Below the pieces are notes generated by a model, which worked only from the letters and a program-made list of their open reading frames with translations, searched no databases and was not told the origin of the DNA. DNA of 28,344 nucleotides from an uncultured archaeon (GTDB taxonomy: Archaea > Asgardarchaeota > Hermodarchaeia > Hermodarchaeales > Hermodarchaeaceae), in assembly GCA_964347045.1 (NCBI GenBank), contig CAYFXC010000014.1, positions 27,901-56,244 on the forward strand, in the 5' to 3' direction. How positions within the stretch are numbered: the stretch's first letter is position 1; each line of letters starts with the position of its first letter. Positions 8,258 through 16,700 of the stretch are shown here, piece by piece. Made by a program: the position numbers and the translations under genes.

Positions 8258-9862
8258 ATGGAGCCACAATTTCGAAAAAAGCAGTTGTTTACGCTCTTTT
8301 TACTGGCTGCACTTGTTTTCAGTGGTACAATAGTGTTTAGCAACCAATCAAACATAGTAAGTTCTTCAACTGTATCCGTTGCCTTTGACGATACACTTCA
8401 GTCCGATTTGCTTAATTTCGATCCTCTGGTTTCTGAGAGCAGCAAACAACCGTATACCTTGAAAATAATTACGCGACACAGTACAACTCTACAGCTTCAT
8501 ATGGAAACAGCGTTTTTGGCGTCACAACAGGCTATTGATAATAATATCGTTGATATCCAATGGACTCAGCCCGGAGCTTCATATTGGCCAACTGTCATTC
8601 CTACCTTTAGCCCGGATATTGCCTGGGGTGGTGGTCCCTCTCTCTTTGATACTATCGATATGCTTGGCTATCTTAAACCAATGAATAGCACCTACATGGA
8701 ATCAGTATTAACGCGAATTCCTGATGATATCGCTGGATCACCCATGAAGCGATATGATGGAAACGGAGATGTAGTTTGGGCTGCTGCGGCGTTAAGCTCC
8801 TTCGGGTTTACGATTAATGAGCCTTGGCTTGATGCGAGAGGACTTCCCTATCCAACCCATTGGGAAAATCTCACTAGTTACCAATTTGGAAGTCTCTTAC
8901 CAGCACCGACCGTGGCCATGGGTAACTCGCCAGGAACAACTAGTAACACGAAAATCTACCAAATCATTCTTCAACGATTTGGTTGGGAGGAAGGGTGGGA
9001 GACTCTAAGTCGTATGGCGGCAAACGGTCGAATCTATAGTGGTTCGGTTGAAACCCAAAACGCTGTGGAAGTTGGTGAAACAGGAGTTTCAATGTCCATT
9101 GACTTCTATGGGTATACTACTGCTCTACGTAACCCGGGTACCGCATATATCATTCCACAGAATGGTTCCATCATAAATGGCGATCCCATCGCACTTACTA
9201 ATTTTGGATTAAATCCAAACAATGCGTCGGAATCATTCATTGATTGGGTCCTTAGCGCTGAAGGACAACAATACTGGTTACATGAAGACATCAACCGTAT
9301 GCCAATGATAGAGGAAGCATTTGCACTTGATCAAGCCAATCCAATTAATCCTTCGATTGGGCCACGAGACGACCTCTATCTATTCTACAACACTACTCTT
9401 CAAAATCTTAGTATCGCATTCAATGATTCTCTTGCTCTATCCTACGAATACTCGCTCATGTACTATTTTGAATCAGTAATCACTGATGCTCATGACAAAT
9501 TAGTCCAATGTTGGAGAGCGATCCTGGACGCGTTCTTCACGGGGGCTATCAATGCTAGCGCAGCTGAAAATTTTGCAGAAATGATGTCTGCCCCGGTTAG
9601 TTGGGATAGTGAAACCTTTACAGAAGACTATGCAATCTCCATCAATTCACAGATGGGTAGTAGTTCGTCATTCCGAAGTACAATGAAAGGATATTGGACT
9701 GATGCTGCCAACGATCAATATGACTATGTGAGAAGTCTTGTTCCTCCGCCTCTAACATCGTCACCTCCACCACCTATTCCTGGATTTCCCGCTATTTCAA
9801 TAATGCTGGGCATGGCAACTGCATTAGGAATCGGGCTTTATGCTCGCCGAAGAAGGAAGTAA
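8258..9862 (+). CDS. ABC transporter substrate-binding protein, AfuA/FbpA (Fe3+/thiamine/sugar-phosphate type) family, with IPGFP C-terminal sorting signal
   Basis: PDIAWGGG, P.HWENL, GWEEGWETL, IDFYG, DPIAL and FIDWVLSAEGQ are typical of this SBP family; C-terminus PPPPIPGFPAISIMLGMATALGIGLYARRRRK; first gene of the ABC operon. Confidence 0.88.
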   Translation: MEPQFRKKQLFTLFLLAALVFSGTIVFSNQSNIVSSSTVSVAFDDTLQSDLLNFDPLVSESSKQPYTLKIITRHSTTLQLHMETAFLASQQAIDNNIVDIQWTQPGASYWPTVIPTFSPDIAWGGGPSLFDTIDMLGYLKPMNSTYMESVLTRIPDDIAGSPMKRYDGNGDVVWAAAALSSFGFTINEPWLDARGLPYPTHWENLTSYQFGSLLPAPTVAMGNSPGTTSNTKIYQIILQRFGWEEGWETLSRMAANGRIYSGSVETQNAVEVGETGVSMSIDFYGYTTALRNPGTAYIIPQNGSIINGDPIALTNFGLNPNNASESFIDWVLSAEGQQYWLHEDINRMPMIEEAFALDQANPINPSIGPRDDLYLFYNTTLQNLSIAFNDSLALSYEYSLMYYFESVITDAHDKLVQCWRAILDAFFTGAINASAAENFAEMMSAPVSWDSETFTEDYAISINSQMGSSSSFRSTMKGYWTDAANDQYDYVRSLVPPPLTSSPPPPIPGFPAISIMLGMATALGIGLYARRRRK

Positions 9863-9899
9863 ATGTGCTTCCTTCTCCAACCCTTTTTTCTTTGTTTTC
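9851..9899 (+). terminator. Hairpin plus T tract between SBP and permease genes (partial terminator or mRNA stabiliser)
   Basis: Perfect 9-bp stem AGAAGGAAG (9851-9859) / CTTCCTTCT (9868-9876) with the stop codon in the loop, followed by CCCTTTTTTCTTTGTTTTC. Confidence 0.5.
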
Positions 9900-9975
9900 A
9901 AAATAGTGTATTATTTTTTAAGGAAGGAAGGTTATTATCGTTCCATCCCCCTGGAAAGATGCCAAAAATTGGTCG

Positions 9976-12072
9976 GTGGAATTTGTGTCAAACTCTGAAT
10001 CGGAATCAAGAGAATCCGTAGAAGAAGCGACGCATGAAGATCGTTGGCGGTCTGTTCTTAGTGGTTCAGCTCTTCGCCTCCAAGCACAACGTACGAAGAT
10101 GCATCTACAAAACCAATTTTACCTTTTTCGACGTGAAATGGACTGGTTTTCGAATATTCAGTTAATCGCCATTTTGGCATTGTTTACTGTTTTTTTAATA
10201 GCTCCGATCGCTACTGTAATGCTTTCAGCGTTTAGCTTTGAGGGGCAATTTTCTATATATTGGATCACGGAAGTGTTTGTTACATCCATTTACTGGCCCA
10301 TGACAGTTCTTTTTCCAGGTTTGGCCCCCATTTCCACAGCAATCGATCAACTTCGTAATCCGTTAACTGCTGTTGAAGGATGGGCAACCTTACAAGCGAT
10401 AATGGCAACAGATTTTATTCCACTTCATACCCATCCAATTGGTTGGCTATTTGAAGTTCAAGGTCGGTTTATCGATTGGTCACCCCTGGCCCAAGCTTAT
10501 TATATTTCAGGTGTTGATGCGGGAGCAATAGTCAATTCTCTTTATGCCGCTTTTTTAACTACGATATTTGCGACATCGATTGGTGTTGCTCTTGCGTTTA
10601 TCATGGCTCGTTATGAATTTCGAGGAAAAACGATACTTCGTGTCGCACTTCTAATTCCACTCCTTGCCATACCATTTGTCGGTGCAGTGGGCCTTTTAAG
10701 AATGATTAGTCTAGATGGGACTTTGAATTATTTCTTCTATGGACTATTTGGTTTTCGAATTGTTATTGATGGTCTAGCAGCTGTAATATTGGTTCAAACC
10801 CTTCACTTCTTCTCGCTTACCTATCTTTCGGCCTATGGGGCATTCCAAAATATTGATCCAACTTTAGAGGAATCTGCGGAGAACATGGGTGCCAAGGGAT
10901 TTACGCTGTTCCGAAAAGTTACTCTACCACTAGCGCTCCCAGGAATTGAAGCAGGAGCTATCCTTACTTTTATCTTAGCCATTGAAGATCTTGGCACTCT
11001 GATTGTTTTTGAGAGTAGTGCTCAAGTAAAACATACACTGACATATGCTATTTATAACAACATTTGGGCTCCCACGGGAACTGTTGAAGGCATTGCGACT
11101 GCATTAGGAGTTATTCTTCTAATTATTGCGATGGTCAGCTTCTTTTTTATTCGACGATATATGTCGTTACGACATTATGCAATGATAAGCAAAGGGGGAA
11201 CATGGAATCCACGCTTTACTAGGGCACGATGGTTTCATTATCTCATTTTCTATGGCTTCATAATTGGCATTCTGGCCTTTGCGCTTCTTCCACATGTTGG
11301 CGTGTTCTTGTTGGCGTTCGCCGCACCAGGTTCATGGGGTACAGGTGATCCGATTCCAACTGCATTTTGGATAGGGAATTTCATTCGTATGTTTGTGGAT
11401 CCTGAGTTTTTCGGATCAATAGTAAACAGTTTGATGTATAGCACCGTCGCTGTGATCATTATTGTATTAGTGGGAACAGGAGCTGCTTATATTGTAGCTC
11501 GTAAGAAGATACCTGGACGTGAATCATTAGATCTACTGGTAACCATTCCGATTGCATTACCTGGCATCGTCATCGCAATAGGCTATTTAATTTTCTTTTC
11601 AAACGCCCCTGTCTTTAACCTATTCCTTAGTCCTGTTCTTTTCTTCGCTCCAATCTTTTTGATTACGTTCTCATACACCGTTCGAAAATTCCCTTTCACA
11701 GTAAGGTCAACTTATGCAGGGCTTCAGCAAACGCATGTAGAACTCGAAGAAGCTGCACAAAATCTTGGGGCTAGTCGCATCCGTGTATTTGGGGGAATTG
11801 TCTTGCCAATAATCGGGGCAAGCATCCTAGCTGGCGCAATGATGTCATTTGTTTACTGTATGTCCGAAGTCAGCACAAGTATTGTACTGGGTGATATCAA
11901 TTCCACGTGGGGTCCTATAACTTGGAAAATGCAATCTGCCCTAGGTGCATTAGCAATGGGGCAATCCATGGCCGCAGCGATGGGTGTATTATTAATGACC
12001 ATTCAAATTATTGTAATGGCAACAGTAAATATTGTCTTGAAGCGCCGATCTGAAGCGTTAATAGGAATTTAG
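9976..12072 (+). CDS. ABC transporter permease with fused double TM domain (FbpB/AfuB/ThiP type)
   Basis: Two EAA loops (LEESAENMGA...FRKVTLPL and LEEAAQNLGA...VLP) and many TM helices. Confidence 0.92.
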   Translation: MEFVSNSESESRESVEEATHEDRWRSVLSGSALRLQAQRTKMHLQNQFYLFRREMDWFSNIQLIAILALFTVFLIAPIATVMLSAFSFEGQFSIYWITEVFVTSIYWPMTVLFPGLAPISTAIDQLRNPLTAVEGWATLQAIMATDFIPLHTHPIGWLFEVQGRFIDWSPLAQAYYISGVDAGAIVNSLYAAFLTTIFATSIGVALAFIMARYEFRGKTILRVALLIPLLAIPFVGAVGLLRMISLDGTLNYFFYGLFGFRIVIDGLAAVILVQTLHFFSLTYLSAYGAFQNIDPTLEESAENMGAKGFTLFRKVTLPLALPGIEAGAILTFILAIEDLGTLIVFESSAQVKHTLTYAIYNNIWAPTGTVEGIATALGVILLIIAMVSFFFIRRYMSLRHYAMISKGGTWNPRFTRARWFHYLIFYGFIIGILAFALLPHVGVFLLAFAAPGSWGTGDPIPTAFWIGNFIRMFVDPEFFGSIVNSLMYSTVAVIIIVLVGTGAAYIVARKKIPGRESLDLLVTIPIALPGIVIAIGYLIFFSNAPVFNLFLSPVLFFAPIFLITFSYTVRKFPFTVRSTYAGLQQTHVELEEAAQNLGASRIRVFGGIVLPIIGASILAGAMMSFVYCMSEVSTSIVLGDINSTWGPITWKMQSALGALAMGQSMAAAMGVLLMTIQIIVMATVNIVLKRRSEALIGI

Positions 12073-12090
12073 TTGAGTTGAGAAAGTAAA

Positions 12091-13221
12091 ATGGTATCAA
12101 TTACTATAAAGGACATCACTAAGACCTTTGGTGAAGTAGTCGCCGTTGATGATGTGTCAGTTGAAATTGAAGAAGGCGAACTATTCACTCTACTTGGCCC
12201 ATCAGGATGTGGCAAAACAACCCTATTACGAGTCATCGCAGGATTCTATCATCCAGACACGGGTCAAGTATTCTTTGATAAAAACGAAGTAACGAAGCTT
12301 CCCCCCCATAAACGAAATACTGGGATGGTCTTTCAAAATTATGCGATTTGGCCACATATGCGAGTTTTTGATAACGTTGCCTTTGGATTAAAAATTCGGA
12401 AGCTTCCCAAGTCAGAAATCCAAAAACGTGTACTTGACATCCTTGAAGCCGTACGATTAGGAGGGTTTGAAGAACGAACACCTTTTCAGTTGAGTGGTGG
12501 ACAACAACAACGGGTAGCACTCGCAAGGGCTTTAGTAATCAATCCCCAAGTTCTCCTGCTTGATGAGCCATTGAGCAACTTAGACGCGAAACTTCGATTA
12601 GAAATGCGGCATGAATTGAAGCGTATCCAACAGGAATTTGGGACAACAACAATCTATGTGACGCATGATCAAGAAGAAGCTTTGAGTATTTCAAACCGTG
12701 TAGCTATTTTGAATTATGGTGCATTAATGCAACTGGGTTCACCTCGAGAAATATACGAGGAGCCCCAGAATCTCTTTGTTGCAGATTTCATCGGATCGAG
12801 TACATTTCTTCCCCTCACCATTACTGAACCAAATGGAGGAAAAGTAAAAGGAAAGACTCCTTGGGGACTTGAACTCCAAGGTCGCACTCCACTCAAAGAT
12901 TACAAGTTCACCAAAGGTGAGCAAGCATATGTAGCAATTCGTCCTGAAGACTTCAAGGTTCGTGTTCCTGAGGATGCCTGTAACATGATTCCTGGAAAAG
13001 TAATCAGCGTAGTGTTTACAGGTCGATACAATAATGTCCGTGCAGATATCGGGGGGTCAAATCTTGCTCAGGCAGAAATCGATGCGACTCGGATCATCAA
13101 CACGGGAGATGAATTACAACTTTATGTTCTCGATAAAGATACCATCATTCTTCCTGAAAAGGAAGACTTGTTTGCTGAACGTGTCCGTGAAATCATCGAA
13201 GGTGCAGCTGCTGCCGACTAA
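12091..13221 (+). CDS. ABC transporter ATP-binding protein (FbpC/AfuC/PotA-like, C-terminal TOBE region)
   Basis: Walker A GPSGCGKT, Q-loop VFQNYA, signature LSGGQQQR, Walker B LLLDEP, H-loop VTHD. Confidence 0.95.
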   Translation: MVSITIKDITKTFGEVVAVDDVSVEIEEGELFTLLGPSGCGKTTLLRVIAGFYHPDTGQVFFDKNEVTKLPPHKRNTGMVFQNYAIWPHMRVFDNVAFGLKIRKLPKSEIQKRVLDILEAVRLGGFEERTPFQLSGGQQQRVALARALVINPQVLLLDEPLSNLDAKLRLEMRHELKRIQQEFGTTTIYVTHDQEEALSISNRVAILNYGALMQLGSPREIYEEPQNLFVADFIGSSTFLPLTITEPNGGKVKGKTPWGLELQGRTPLKDYKFTKGEQAYVAIRPEDFKVRVPEDACNMIPGKVISVVFTGRYNNVRADIGGSNLAQAEIDATRIINTGDELQLYVLDKDTIILPEKEDLFAERVREIIEGAAAAD

Positions 13222-13336
13222 AGTCAGAAGCTTACGAAACGCATCTAATTTCTAATAATAGATTATGTTGTTAGGGGGCGAAGTTATTTAGGGAAGCTTT
13301 AGTCAATCATAACGCTAAGTAGTAAGGAGATGAAGA

Positions 13337-13735
13337 TTGTTGATGTTTCTATTACCCGACCAATTAAACGCTATTATCACTTTTCTTATCAGTTTAGTTA
13401 TAGCCACTATTGCCTTCTATCTTGCAGGAAGGCTACTCTCTGGTATTAACGCGAAATTCACCGATGCCATCTTTGTTGCCCTACTCGGATTATTACTCAA
13501 ATTCGGAATTGATCTTGCAATTAGTACGGTTCTTGTTCCGGGGCTGAATGAGATTATCGTGTTTGCTTGGAACATTGTAGGATTATTAGCGATGTTTATT
13601 GTTTGGATGATTCTTGTACAGCACTTCTTTGATACAATGTTCATACGAGGACTAACAATTATCCTGATAGCTTCAATAATCATTTTTATTATCGACTTTG
13701 CTATCAACTTCGGATTCCTCTTTCTTTTCCCCTAG
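13337..13735 (+). CDS. Small 4-TM membrane protein, function unknown
   Basis: 132-aa hydrophobic ORF with AGGAG upstream; the start could be the ATG at 13343. Confidence 0.7.
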   Translation: MLMFLLPDQLNAIITFLISLVIATIAFYLAGRLLSGINAKFTDAIFVALLGLLLKFGIDLAISTVLVPGLNEIIVFAWNIVGLLAMFIVWMILVQHFFDTMFIRGLTIILIASIIIFIIDFAINFGFLFLFP

Positions 13736-13752
13736 GTGACGGAAATCCAGGG

Positions 13753-13968
13753 TTATCGCTTTAGTTTGTATGCTTGGTTGATAGATTCTTTGTGAGTGTA
13801 CCGTCCTGAACAGAATGACGCTAGAATAAAAACAAACAGCAATCCAATAAATCCGATTGCAAAAGGAAAAATTATTGGATTAATCATCACTAGAATCCCA
13901 AATATGATTAGAGCAATTATCATCAAAAAGAGGGGACAGAGGATGTCGATCTTCCGCATTATAATCAT
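13753..13968 (-). CDS. Small 2-TM membrane protein, hypothetical
   Basis: 71-aa ORF with two hydrophobic helices and a basic tail; fills the gap between neighbouring genes without overlap. Confidence 0.45.
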   Translation of the reverse strand: MIIMRKIDILCPLFLMIIALIIFGILVMINPIIFPFAIGFIGLLFVFILASFCSGRYTHKESINQAYKLKR

Positions 13969-14090
13969 TAATACTGACCTTATTAGGTTTTAAAAGACTT
14001 CAGACTCTTTCAACAATTTTTAGGAATTATTTCCGAACATACAGTTTAAAGGTACAATTAGGATATGATGAGCAATTCACAAAACACTTT

Positions 14091-14810
14091 ATGTTTGCAT
14101 GGGAGTTAAAAGAATTGACAAAAAATTTGACTATGCCCATCTACAAACCTTGGTTCCAATGGCCCTTGAAATACACTGATTCAGAAATGATTCAAGTCAT
14201 TTTCACACCCACAAAAGCATGCTATCAGCGGCTTTTGCCCAAACCTCTTAAACCTGGACTTTTAGGTGGAGCATATCTTGCACGATTTCGCAATTCTCCA
14301 TTTGGGGATATGTGGGAATCCGCTATCGTTGTTCAATGCACTTACGAAGAATATTTTGGTGTGTATTGCATCACTATGCATACTGATAGCATAGCGTCAA
14401 TGGCGGCACATCGAGAAGTCTGGGGATTCCCATCGAAACCCGCCAAATTCAAATATCAACAAAAAGACGATCACATCAAGGCCTCAGTCCTCACCAACAA
14501 AGTACCCATTATGAAATTTGATGTAAAGCTTGAGGGACCTGGTGACTGGATCGACACCGGTGATACCATCAATCTCAAACTCATTCCAAGCGTTGATGGG
14601 AAAACATATGACGTGCAACATATCACAGCCGCCCCTCTTGACTTTGTCATTCACGAAGGCAAGGCTGGAGAAGGCAAACTTGTACTTGGTAACACTAAAG
14701 ATGACCCCTTAGCCGATTTGTTTGAATTTGAAAATATTATTGCGGGAACTTGGTTCAGAATTGATTTAACGACCAACGTCGGCAAAGTCATTGCAAAAGC
14801 TGAGCTCTAG
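14091..14810 (+). CDS. Acetoacetate decarboxylase-like superfamily protein (atypical active-site motif)
   Basis: LLPKPL, FGDMWESAIVVQC, HREVWGFPSKPA (compare ADC GRE.xxxPKKL), INLKLIPS.DG. Confidence 0.85.
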   Translation: MFAWELKELTKNLTMPIYKPWFQWPLKYTDSEMIQVIFTPTKACYQRLLPKPLKPGLLGGAYLARFRNSPFGDMWESAIVVQCTYEEYFGVYCITMHTDSIASMAAHREVWGFPSKPAKFKYQQKDDHIKASVLTNKVPIMKFDVKLEGPGDWIDTGDTINLKLIPSVDGKTYDVQHITAAPLDFVIHEGKAGEGKLVLGNTKDDPLADLFEFENIIAGTWFRIDLTTNVGKVIAKAEL

Positions 14811-14875
14811 GATAATCTTTTCTTGTACGAATTGGCAAGAACTGGGTCGTTCACAAGGGCTATATGGGGATTTTC

Positions 14876-14889
14876 TTGCACCTGAGCTG
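14876..14889 (+). promoter_or_regulatory. Candidate regulatory motif TTGCANNTGANNTG upstream of the PolB2-partner gene
   Basis: TTGCAccTGAgcTG ends 45 nt before ATG 14935; the same pattern lies 42 nt before the PolB2 start. Confidence 0.35.
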
Positions 14890-14934
14890 GTGCCTTTTTT
14901 AGCGGTGTGTCTCTTCTGGCTAGTGGTGAGTCAT

Positions 14935-15252
14935 ATGGGACGTACAGTGCCCACCTATCGATTACAGCTGGAAAAGGAACGCCGCTGCTGGGGACTCTTT
15001 CGTGCCGCTCTTCGTGCCGATGAGCAACCCGCCTTTGATAACCTTTTCATCTATGCCCGTACCTACGCCGACGCCGCCAGTGCTGTGGCGCGCCCATGCC
15101 ACTCCGAAGCATTGTTTATGTCCATGATTCTGGGACTCTATCAAGAAGTGCAACGGTTACGCGTAGCGTTGGCGACCGCCGCTGGTCATACTAGCTTGAT
15201 TGCTAACCACAACTATCACGGATATGTGCGACGTGTTCAAGCAGAATTATGA
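14935..15252 (+). CDS. Small PolB2-associated alpha-helical protein (arCOG07300/PPB2-like)
   Basis: MGRTVPTYR...W..FRAALR..EQ.AFD.LF..AR..A.A.....RP...EALFMSM matches, from recall, the small family encoded in PolB2 operons; GGTGAG RBS at 14925-14930; GC-rich like the polB2 exteins. Confidence 0.75.
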   Translation: MGRTVPTYRLQLEKERRCWGLFRAALRADEQPAFDNLFIYARTYADAASAVARPCHSEALFMSMILGLYQEVQRLRVALATAAGHTSLIANHNYHGYVRRVQAEL

Positions 15253-15335
15253 CCGCCTAGTCACTCGTGTTGCCTGTATCGTTTGAATTTTGAACCAAAA
15301 TGGCAGAGGAACCTTCCAAAAGGGAGGTTGTGCTC

Positions 15336-16571
15336 ATGAAGCTTTGTTTGCTGATTCCCCTCTTCCTACTTTTTCTTCTCATACCAGTGTGCACTACGTT
15401 GGATACTACTCAAGCTGTTATATCTCCAAACGAACCAGATTATTGGCCCACGGATGAATGGCGAACCTCTTCACCTGAATCACATGGGGTGAACTCACAA
15501 ATCTTGGACCAGTTATTCGATCACCTTCATTCTCATGAATTCAGCTACAATTCGTTTATAGTGGTCCGCCATGGGTACATAATCTTTGAAACCTATCCTA
15601 GTTCAATTTATGATCAAGATCGAATTCATTTCCTAGCATCAGTAACTAAAAGTGTCACAGCAGGTCTCTTGGGGATAGCTGTCGATCAGGGCTATATTGG
15701 GAGTATCCATGATTCTATTCTCGGATATTTTCCAAATCGGTCAATATCAAATCCCAGTCCACTTAAAGATGCTATGACTATTCGAGATCTGCTCACGATG
15801 AAAACTGGACTTCAGTGGGACGAAAGCTCCTATTCCTATGACGATCCACGGAATTCGTTTGTACAATGGGTGAATAGCCAGGATGGAATCCAGTTCATAC
15901 TTGATCTTCCCATGGCTTGTGCTCCTGACCGCAAATGGTTCTATAACACGGGCGCTTCTTCGATACTTTCAGCTCTCATTAATCTAACAAGTGGACAAAC
16001 AACCCTCGACTTTGCCAGAGATCATTTATTCCACCCCCTAGGAATTACACAGTACGCATGGGAATCAGACGCACAAGGCATCAATTATGGGGGCTTCGGA
16101 CTAAGTCTGCTCCCTCGAGACATGGCAAAGTATGGATTTCTCTATTTGCATAAGGGGCGATGGGATGATCAACAAATTGTTTCCGAAAATTGGGTTGTCG
16201 AATCAACTTACACTCATACAGTTTTCTTCCACGGGTATGGATATGGCTATCATTGGATTACCTATCCAGCATTAAATGGCTATGCAGCTTTTGGTGCTGG
16301 TGGTCAAGGAATTTTTGTGATTCCCAAATATGACCTAGTAATTGTAGTAACAGCCGAAGAACCTAATGGGGTACCGTTTCTCAATCTTATATTATCCTAT
16401 GTGCTACCTTCTCTCACTGATGCTGAATCTCGTCTAATTGTAACGTGGATAATTAGCTGGATGTTAACACTCACGATCGGAATTACCGTTCTGCTATGCT
16501 ATGTCTATTTGTCTAAGCGAACTCGAAGTAATTCATTAATAAAACCAAATCAAACCCAAGAAGTTTCGTAA
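15336..16571 (+). CDS. Membrane-anchored serine hydrolase, beta-lactamase class C/AmpC-like family
   Basis: SxxK motif (ASVTKS), LLTM.TG, FYNT, G.GGQ; signal peptide starting MKLCLL (GGAGG at 15323-15327); C-terminal TM helix. Confidence 0.88.
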   Translation: MKLCLLIPLFLLFLLIPVCTTLDTTQAVISPNEPDYWPTDEWRTSSPESHGVNSQILDQLFDHLHSHEFSYNSFIVVRHGYIIFETYPSSIYDQDRIHFLASVTKSVTAGLLGIAVDQGYIGSIHDSILGYFPNRSISNPSPLKDAMTIRDLLTMKTGLQWDESSYSYDDPRNSFVQWVNSQDGIQFILDLPMACAPDRKWFYNTGASSILSALINLTSGQTTLDFARDHLFHPLGITQYAWESDAQGINYGGFGLSLLPRDMAKYGFLYLHKGRWDDQQIVSENWVVESTYTHTVFFHGYGYGYHWITYPALNGYAAFGAGGQGIFVIPKYDLVIVVTAEEPNGVPFLNLILSYVLPSLTDAESRLIVTWIISWMLTLTIGITVLLCYVYLSKRTRSNSLIKPNQTQEVS

Positions 16572-16700
16572 ACTATTCTCTACCAATTTATCTGAAAAAT
16601 TAACGTAAAATGTCTACTTGTAGGCAATCGATTTAAGAGTATTAACTCCTTCAATCTGATAGACGCTTCATCGATGGAAGCATAGCTTTGATGAAAAGTT

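Noticed and set aside
14791-14934. N-terminal extension of the 153-aa ORF
   Set aside because: It overlaps the upstream gene and the promoter region; the family-like sequence and RBS start at ATG 14935.
15336-16571. Beta-lactam resistance gene
   Set aside because: Only family-level SxxK hydrolase motifs are present; such proteins are commonly esterases or peptidases, and there is no resistance context.
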